From positions 1 through 5,278 of the forward strand of contig CAYZRF010000046.1 in the NCBI GenBank assembly GCA_964480775.1: 5,278 nt of DNA. Reading direction: 5' to 3'. The stretch comes from an uncultured Nitrososphaerota archaeon (GTDB taxonomy: Archaea > Korarchaeota > Korarchaeia > Korarchaeales > Korarchaeaceae). A program made the position numbers and the translations under genes. Positions within the stretch are counted from its first letter, which is position 1; each line of letters starts with the position of its first letter. Below are positions 1 through 5,066 of the stretch, one piece after another. Below the pieces are notes generated by a model, which saw only the letters and a program-made list of their open reading frames with translations, searched no databases and was not told the origin of the DNA.

Positions 1-2
1 TT

Positions 3-314
3 GAACAGTTAGATCCATCCTTAGAAGACACTGCAAGAACGCTTGGCGCAAATCCGCTGGAAACATTTAGAAAGATCACTCTCCCCTTGATAAGTCCTGG
101 GATAGTAGCTGGAACGATATTGTCCTTCACAAGAAGCTTAGGAGAGACTGGAGCTACTATTTCCGTTGTTCCTGTTGCTCATACAGCTCCAGTTTACATA
201 GTTGAACTTGTTAAACAAAGAGCCTATTCCGTTGCAGGAATATCCTGTATAATTTTACTTTTGATATCTGGATTGCTGCTTTACGCCTTAAAACGGGCTG
301 GGAGGGGTACGTAA
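3..314 (+). CDS. ABC importer membrane permease, C-terminal part (BPD_transp_1 family, ModB/CysT/CysW-like); the 5' end lies upstream of the window
   Basis: The frame is open from nt 3. The translation EQLDPSLEDTARTLGANPLETFRKITLPLISPGIVAGTILSFTRSLGETGATISVV... carries the EAA-loop signature of ABC importer permeases (E..ARTLGA......F..I.LP), followed by hydrophobic helices. The tail resembles E. coli ModB ...ARSLGEFGATITFV (from memory). Stop TAA is at 312-314, 1 nt before the next ATG. The ORF-track entry 87..314 is only the part after an internal TTG. Confidence 0.85.
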   Translation, partial: EQLDPSLEDTARTLGANPLETFRKITLPLISPGIVAGTILSFTRSLGETGATISVVPVAHTAPVYIVELVKQRAYSVAGISCIILLLISGLLLYALKRAGRGT

Positions 315-315
315 G

Positions 316-1401
316 ATGCCAAGCGTTGAACTAAAAGGGGTTACGGTGAGATATGGCAAAAAAACAGCCCTAAACGATGTTAATATCAAGATAGAAAACG
401 GCAGTTATGCTATAGTTGCTGGTCCCACAGGGGCTGGAAAGACAACGCTGCTAAAGGCTATTTGCGGCCTAGTCCCCCTAGCCAAAGGTAGGATAATTGT
501 TAATGGAAATGACATAACTAAGGTGCCTCCGGAAAAAAGGGGCGTTGGATACCTCCCTCAGGGATATGCACTCTTTCCCCATTTAGATGTTTGGGGCAAC
601 ATCACTTTTGGTCCTAAAAGCAGGGGATGGGATCCAAAAGATGTTGAAGTCATAGCTAGAAGAGTTCTGAACATGGTAGGTCTTATTGAAAGGGCTGATG
701 CGTTTCCTCATGAGTTAAGCGGTGGTATGGCTCAAAGAGTTGCCTTAGGAAGAGCAATAGCTTCAGGTGCCGACTTAATCCTATTAGATGAACCACTCTC
801 GGCCCTTGATGTCATGCTTCGTGTATTATTGAGATACGAGATTAGGAAAATGGCCAAGGCTCTTAATCTAACGGTAATACACGTGACCCATGATCAGGAG
901 GAGGCAATGAGCATAGCAGACCGCATCTTCCTCCTAAGAGAAGGCAGAATTCTTGAAGAAGGTTGCCCCGAAAAGCTATTTAAAACCCCTGAAAACCCTT
1001 TCACAGCTTACTTCATAGGAGAAAGCAACTTCTACGAGGGCTATGCTAAACATGGGGTCGTCAGAATAAATGATCTTAGCTTAAGAAGCGCGTCCAAGCT
1101 TGAAGGCGATGTGTTAATTGCAATTAGGACTAGAAGGGTGAAGATCTACCTAAAGGAACGAAGCCTAGCTAACCTCATTAAAGCAAAAATTGAAGAAATC
1201 AGATTCTTTGGAAAGGTAACAAAGCTGTTGTTAAATGCAAACGATCTCAAAATCATTAGTGAAGTTCCAACCTTGAAGATTAGAGGTCTTAAGGAGAAAG
1301 AATCCATCTTCATTTCAATTGATCCAAGAGATGTGTTGTTGTACAAGCTAGAGGCGGTGAAAGCATATCCTGAGATCAAGGAGGCGATCTTAAATGCCTA
1401 G
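316..1401 (+). CDS. ABC transporter ATP-binding subunit 1 with a C-terminal TOBE/MOP-like extension (CysA/ModC/PotA/MalK-type importer ATPase)
   Basis: 361 aa. Motifs: Walker A GPTGAGKTT (nt 421-447), Q-loop LPQ, signature LSGGMAQR (from nt 715), Walker B LILLDEP, D-loop SALD, H-switch VTHD. Residues from about 235 to 361 lie beyond the NBD core. GGAGGGG at 301-307 sits upstream of ATG 316. Confidence 0.9.
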   Translation: MPSVELKGVTVRYGKKTALNDVNIKIENGSYAIVAGPTGAGKTTLLKAICGLVPLAKGRIIVNGNDITKVPPEKRGVGYLPQGYALFPHLDVWGNITFGPKSRGWDPKDVEVIARRVLNMVGLIERADAFPHELSGGMAQRVALGRAIASGADLILLDEPLSALDVMLRVLLRYEIRKMAKALNLTVIHVTHDQEEAMSIADRIFLLREGRILEEGCPEKLFKTPENPFTAYFIGESNFYEGYAKHGVVRINDLSLRSASKLEGDVLIAIRTRRVKIYLKERSLANLIKAKIEEIRFFGKVTKLLLNANDLKIISEVPTLKIRGLKEKESIFISIDPRDVLLYKLEAVKAYPEIKEAILNA

Positions 1402-2434
1402 AATAGAGCTGAAGAACATCAGGAAGACCTTTGATATAATAGTAGCCATCGATCGAGTGGATCTACTGGTGGAAGATGGAGAGTACTTGGCTGTTATTGG
1501 ACCTAGCGGTTGTGGTAAGTCAACTCTTCTAAAAATAATATCCGGAATCCTAGAACCAGATGAAGGAGACGTTCTGGTCGATGATAAGTCTATTTTGGGA
1601 AAGCCACCGGAAGAAAGGAATATAGGCTTCATATTTCAAGATCTAGCTCTTTTTCCCCATATGAACGGATTTGAAAATGTTGGTTATGGATTAATGGTCA
1701 GGGAATGGAATGAAAAGGATGTACGCGATAGAATCTTGGAATTAGCAGATGAATTTGGGTTTAGCATCGAGTTTGACAAGTTTCCAGATGAGATGAGTTC
1801 TGGTGAGCAGCAGCAAGTCGCTTTGTTGAGGGCTATAGCTTACGGAGCGAAAATCCTTCTCTTAGATGAGCCTCTCTCGGCCATAGACAGAAAGGTTAGC
1901 GAGGAGGTTAGGGTTAAACTCAGAAAAATCGTCAAGTCTAAGGGTTTGACAGCTATTCACGTGACTCACAACCAAGAAGAGGCCATGGCAGTTGCTGATA
2001 AAATAGCAGTCATGAGGAAAGGCCGTTTCATTCAAGTAGGAACGCCAGAAGAGTTGTATTATCATCCAAACACGCCCTTTGTAATGGCTTTCGTAGGTGA
2101 TGCAAGTTTTTTGGTAGGTAGAAACGAGAGAGGTAAAGTAGTAATAAGAGGTGGTTATGAGTTAGGTCCATCGCATTTACCTGAAGGGGATCTCGTAGTT
2201 GTTGGAGTTAGGCCAGAGAACGTGATCTTAGGTTCAGGGATTCCTGGTAGGATTAGGTTGAAAAGTTACTTAGGAGCCCTTGTTCGGTATGAGATAGAGC
2301 TGGAGAATGGAGATACTGTCATTGCAATAACTGAAGAAGAGCTTGAGGATAAAGAGGTGAAAGTTTGGTTCTCAGACTATAAACTCTTTAGGTTCCCAGA
2401 GGAAGGATTAAGTGAGGCCATTGTTCCGGGGTGA
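1394..2434 (+). CDS. ABC transporter ATP-binding subunit 2, a paralogue of subunit 1, also with a C-terminal TOBE/MOP-like extension
   Basis: 346 aa. Motifs: Walker A GPSGCGKST (nt 1499-1525), Q-loop IFQD, deviant signature MSSGEQQQ (nt 1793-1816), Walker B ILLLDEP, D-loop SAID, H-switch VTHN. AAGGAGG at 1378-1384 lies 9 nt before the ATG. The start overlaps the upstream stop (ATGCCTAG, 8 nt), which suggests translational coupling. Confidence 0.9.
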   Translation: MPRIELKNIRKTFDIIVAIDRVDLLVEDGEYLAVIGPSGCGKSTLLKIISGILEPDEGDVLVDDKSILGKPPEERNIGFIFQDLALFPHMNGFENVGYGLMVREWNEKDVRDRILELADEFGFSIEFDKFPDEMSSGEQQQVALLRAIAYGAKILLLDEPLSAIDRKVSEEVRVKLRKIVKSKGLTAIHVTHNQEEAMAVADKIAVMRKGRFIQVGTPEELYYHPNTPFVMAFVGDASFLVGRNERGKVVIRGGYELGPSHLPEGDLVVVGVRPENVILGSGIPGRIRLKSYLGALVRYEIELENGDTVIAITEEELEDKEVKVWFSDYKLFRFPEEGLSEAIVPG

Positions 2435-2440
2435 CATTCT

Positions 2441-3148
2441 TTGGGAAGTGTTAGGAAGTATCTAGATTATTTCAAACAGAAAGAGACCGCTGATCTTATC
2501 GAAAAATTAAAACTACATAGCCTTAAGATAAGAGATGTCATTGAAGAGTTGAAAAGAGCGATAGATGCTTATAGAGATGGATTATTGGAGGAGTCAAGGC
2601 ATGCAGTCCAAAGAGTTAAGTCTTTGGAAGAAGAGGCCGACACCATTCGCCGGGCCATAATGCTCGATGTCGCTCGTTCTGAGTTAAAGGCAGGGGATGC
2701 AGAAATCATAGCTAGACTGTCCTCAAGCGTTGATTTCGTAGGAGATGAGGCTAAAAATGCTGCACTTACCCTAGAGATAATATTGGGCGAAGAACAATTG
2801 CTCATGGAAGAAGGAATGTCGATAGGATATAAGATGAGAGAAAGGCTAAGTTCTATGGCTGATACCCTTGTTAAAGAAGTAAGGGCACTAACGGAAGCTA
2901 TAAAATGCCTTTTCGAGGATGTAGACAAATGTTATAACCTCATACTTGAAGTAGGAAGGCTTGAGCATGAAATGGACCTGCAATATCATAGTGCAAAGAA
3001 AGATCTGCCAGTTGAGATGGGAATAAAGACATTGTTCCTATTAAATGATATTTTAGCAGAGATTGAGGGATCTTCTGATTTGGCTGAGGATGCTTCAGAC
3101 ATATTGAACATGCTTAGAGTGAGGTTTTCGCTTCCAGGAAGACTATAG
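2441..3148 (+). CDS. DUF47 / PhoU-like protein (COG1392, PF01865 PhoU_div type), a putative transport-associated regulator
   Basis: 235 aa, all-helical, acidic, with a two-fold internal repeat typical of DUF47/PhoU. ...VKSLEEEADTIRRAIMLDV... and ...VGRLEHEMDLQYHSAKKDL... match the two E-x-E-x-D helices, and the C-terminal ...LAEIEGSSDLAEDASDILNMLRV resembles the DUF47 tail (family consensus from memory). TTG at 2441 is the first possible start after the in-frame stop. GGGGTGA (2428-2434) lies 6 nt upstream and is a good archaeal SD. Confidence 0.75.
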   Translation: MGSVRKYLDYFKQKETADLIEKLKLHSLKIRDVIEELKRAIDAYRDGLLEESRHAVQRVKSLEEEADTIRRAIMLDVARSELKAGDAEIIARLSSSVDFVGDEAKNAALTLEIILGEEQLLMEEGMSIGYKMRERLSSMADTLVKEVRALTEAIKCLFEDVDKCYNLILEVGRLEHEMDLQYHSAKKDLPVEMGIKTLFLLNDILAEIEGSSDLAEDASDILNMLRVRFSLPGRL

Positions 3149-3164
3149 CTTAATCGTGGAATAA

Positions 3165-3176
3165 TGTTTTGTTTCT
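3165..3176 (+). terminator. Possible archaeal oligo-T termination signal after the DUF47 gene
   Basis: TGTTTTGTTTC begins about 17 nt after stop codon 3146-3148. A second T-rich tract, TTTATATTTT, lies at 3191-3200. Archaeal RNAP terminates at T-runs, but these are short runs in A/T-rich DNA, so support is weak. Confidence 0.25.
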
Positions 3177-3261
3177 ACATAGCCTGATAATTTATATTTT
3201 AAGGATATCCTTTGGTGCTATTACTGGCTTGAACTTCTTATCTTGCATCTTAACAATGGGA

Positions 3262-3699
3262 TTATTTCTTTTTCAAAAAAGGTCTTGCACTGTGCACTCT
3301 CAGACCATACGGAGACAATAGCTCAAAGTGCCTGACATTTAGCGTCAAGAGTTCTAACTTATTCCGAATACATATCGTAGCTATAAACAAATCTTTAGGC
3401 TCGATTTTCTTGCCCATTGATCTTAGCTCGGTAGAGATTTTTGCTGCCAGAAGGGCGGCCTCAAAAGTCAGAGGGTATATTCTGAAATCTTTCAACCCAT
3501 CGAGGATCTCCACTCCTTTCTCCTCGAATCCCTTTTGTATCAAGATATAAGCCCCGTATGCCTGTTCAAAAGCACTGATAACAGAAATAACAAAGTGAGA
3601 ATGTGGAAACTCCCTACGTAAATCCTCTGCTGAAATTCGGGCCTTTTCCAAAGCTATTAGAACGCTCGAGTCTAGGCATATTTTACTCAACTTGTCCAC
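3262..3699 (-). CDS. vapC: PIN-domain ribonuclease toxin VapC
   Basis: 145 aa. PIN acidic residues are in canonical context: D10 (ICLDSSVLI), E45 (SAFEQ), D103 (EPKDLFIA), then TLNVRHF. The gene lies immediately downstream of, and overlaps, an antitoxin gene. The ORF-track start is GTG at 3699. A TTG at 3690 preceded by AGGTGG (5-nt spacer) and forming a TTGA start/stop overlap with vapB is an equally good or better start. Confidence 0.85.
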   Translation of the reverse strand: MDKLSKICLDSSVLIALEKARISAEDLRREFPHSHFVISVISAFEQAYGAYILIQKGFEEKGVEILDGLKDFRIYPLTFEAALLAAKISTELRSMGKKIEPKDLFIATICIRNKLELLTLNVRHFELLSPYGLRVHSARPFLKKK

Positions 3700-3929
3700 C
3701 TAAAGTACTTAGAAGCCTCCTTTACTGCCTCTTCAAACAGTCGAGCCTCCTCCTCGTTTTCAGATAACAGCCCAGCTAATTTTTCTAGCCCATAGTCAGC
3801 ACCGCTCCGCTCCATTAATCTAGCAATTAAATCCGAAAAGCTTTCGCCTTCTCTTTTTAGGGATCTCAACCTCTCATAGACTTCACGGGTCACCAATAAG
3901 CTCCTATAAGATCGTCCAGATTTGCCCAT
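3687..3929 (-). CDS. vapB: VapB-type antitoxin (archaeal PF02697/DUF217-like family)
   Basis: 80 aa. RSLLVTREVYERLRSLKREGESFSDLIARLMER matches the ..I.V..EVYE.L..LK..GESFSDVI..L core of the archaeal putative-antitoxin family (from memory). It has an acidic C-terminal half. It lies directly upstream of, and overlaps, the PIN gene. Confidence 0.8.
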   Translation of the reverse strand: MGKSGRSYRSLLVTREVYERLRSLKREGESFSDLIARLMERSGADYGLEKLAGLLSENEEEARLFEEAVKEASKYFRWTS

Positions 3930-3945
3930 CTTATATCGATAATTA

Positions 3946-3973
3946 TTATATATAAAGAATATATAAATTCTTT
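3946..3973 (-). promoter_or_regulatory. Putative vapBC promoter (archaeal TATA-like boxes)
   Basis: The - strand reads AAAGAATTTATATATTCTTTATATATAATAATTATCGATATAAG-ATG. Two TTTATATA boxes are centred about 23 and about 35 nt upstream of the vapB ATG (3929), implying a leaderless or very short leader mRNA. Confidence 0.4.
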
Positions 3974-3989
3974 TTTTTCACCAAGATTA

Positions 3990-4295
3990 GGAGGTAATTT
4001 CGAAGAGCGCTCCATCCATTCCTACAAATTTTGTAACCATCCTAGTAAGCAGCGACATTCAAACGGCCATTTCTCTACACAGACGCGCTATGGAGATGTT
4101 ATCAACTATGTAAAGGAATTTATGATCGCCTACTTGGACGGTTAGAACAGCCTGAAGTGGATACTCGGAGTTATAAGGAGTTCTGGAGTTAGAGGGCAAC
4201 TTCTCTTGAAGGTGTTCGAGGAGCTAGCAAGCTATGGGAAAAGAAGGAGGTGGAAAGAGGCATTAGAAGCTTGTAAGAAGAGAAATTACATATGA
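3990..4295 (+). pseudogene. Possible decayed gene remnant: one reading frame of about 100 codons with a single internal TAG (4143-4145), no usable start, and terminal TGA at 4293-4295
   Basis: Manual translation gives GGNFEERSIHSYKFCNHPSKQRHSNGHFSTQTRYGDVINYVKEFMIAYLDG*NSLKWILGVIRSSGVRGQLLLKVFEELASYGKRRRWKEALEACKKRNYI*. The segment is GC-richer than the flanking A/T-rich promoter DNA, and the C-terminal part looks like a genuine amphipathic helix. I recognise no family. Confidence 0.25.
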
Positions 4296-4424
4296 TAGTT
4301 GTTTAAAAGGATCCACTTATCTTCTGATGAAAGAGTCTTCTTATACCCCCTTTAATGCTTCTTTTCTCTTAGAGGATTGCCTTCATTAAACAATCTCTCT
4401 TGAGGGGACCAGAAAGATACCTTT

Positions 4425-4452
4425 CTTATAATTAGTAAAAATTTTTTAAAAT
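4425..4452 (+). promoter_or_regulatory. Putative promoter of the oxidoreductase gene (TATA-like boxes)
   Basis: CTTATAATTAGTAAAAATTTTTTAAAA. The TTTTTAAAA box (4443-4451) is preceded by a purine-rich BRE-like AGTAAAA and is centred about 26 nt before ATG 4473. Confidence 0.4.
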
Positions 4453-4472
4453 CAGTTATATCATTGATTGCC

Positions 4473-5066
4473 ATGTATGCTGATGTATTAATAATCGGTG
4501 GTGGGCCTTCAGGAATAGTTACTGCCCTTACTGCAAGAAAGAACTATCCTGATAAAAAAATCGTTGTTTTGAGAAAGGAAGATAAAGTAGTAATTCCATG
4601 CGCCATTCCCTACCTTTCTTCATCTATAGAATCTGTTTCAAAGAACATAGTTTCTGATGAAATTTTAACAAAAAATGACATAGAACTGCTTAAAGGTGAA
4701 GCGAAATCTATAAACAGAGGTGAAAAATACGTTGAAACGACTGTTGGAAAGATAAGTTATGATAAACTCGTCTTAGCTACAGGTGCAACACCTCAGAAAA
4801 TCCCAATTGAGGGTATAGAATTGGAAAACGTCTTCTTCATAAAAAAAGAAGTCCCATATCTAGAAACCCTACTCAGAACAGTTAGAGAAGTTCAAAACAT
4901 AGTAGTAATAGGTGGTGGGTTTGTTGGTGTAGAATTCTCAACAGACATTGTTAGGCTAAAGAAGAAAATTTCAATCGTAGAGCTGTTACCACACGTGGTG
5001 CAATTAAACTTTGATGACGCATTTTGCATGCAGATAGAAGAAAAACTGAAGGAAATGGGTAAATAG
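4473..5066 (+). pseudogene. N-terminal (about 45%) fragment of an FAD-dependent pyridine nucleotide-disulfide oxidoreductase (NADH oxidase / CoA-disulfide reductase family); an intact short ORF that ends mid-domain
   Basis: FAD Rossmann motif LIIGGGPSG at residues 6-14. Single redox Cys43 in VVIPCAIPY (compare Pyrococcus CoADR ...APCGIPYVV, from memory). Second dinucleotide motif VVIGGGFVGVEF. The frame then stops (TAG 5064-5066) just after EEKLKEMGK, where homologues continue for about 240 more residues. ATG 4473 is preferred over the track's TTG 4464: the TTTTTAAAA box at 4443-4451 is centred about 26 nt upstream, which suggests a leaderless mRNA. Confidence 0.8.

Noticed and set aside
1146-2928. 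Minus-strand ORFs 1146..1379, 1390..1632, 1862..2065 and 2569..2928 from the ORF track
   Set aside because: Each lies entirely antisense to a + strand gene with strong domain evidence. Their translations are Ser/Leu/Ile-rich, low-complexity and motif-free. They are typical shadow ORFs.
3201-3212. Perfect 12-bp palindrome AAGGATATCCTT in the convergent intergenic region between the DUF47 gene and vapC
   Set aside because: It is short, lies in A/T-rich DNA, and would form almost no loop as RNA. There are no flanking features to suggest a function. It may contribute to termination, but the evidence is insufficient.
4323-4330. CTGATGA resembling a C box of an archaeal C/D-box sRNA
   Set aside because: No D box (CTGA) or C'/D' boxes at the required spacing of about 12 nt within the next 80 nt on either strand.
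4364-4409. Near-repeat TCTCTTAGAGG / TCTCTTGAGGGG upstream of the nox promoter
   Set aside because: Only about 9 of 11 positions match, and the arms are 3-4 bp. It could be a regulator site but is indistinguishable from chance without comparative data.
4464-4472. TTG at 4464 as the nox start (ORF track)
   Set aside because: ATG at 4473 places the GGGPSG Rossmann motif at the usual distance from the N-terminus and sits about 26 nt after a TATA-like box (leaderless). The extra MIA is probably not translated. This is a minor point.
5040-5046. Apparent 1-nt discrepancy in the A-run after GAAG. I read four A's in the printed text and only 5277 nt in total, which would frameshift nox to ...EEN-TGA.
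   Set aside because: Three independent ORF-track translations (EEKLK on +, SVFLL and FSFSS on -) and the stated window length of 5278 all require five A's. I treat this as my own counting or reading error. All coordinates beyond 5045 are anchored to the ORF track, so they may be off by 1 nt relative to the printed ruler.
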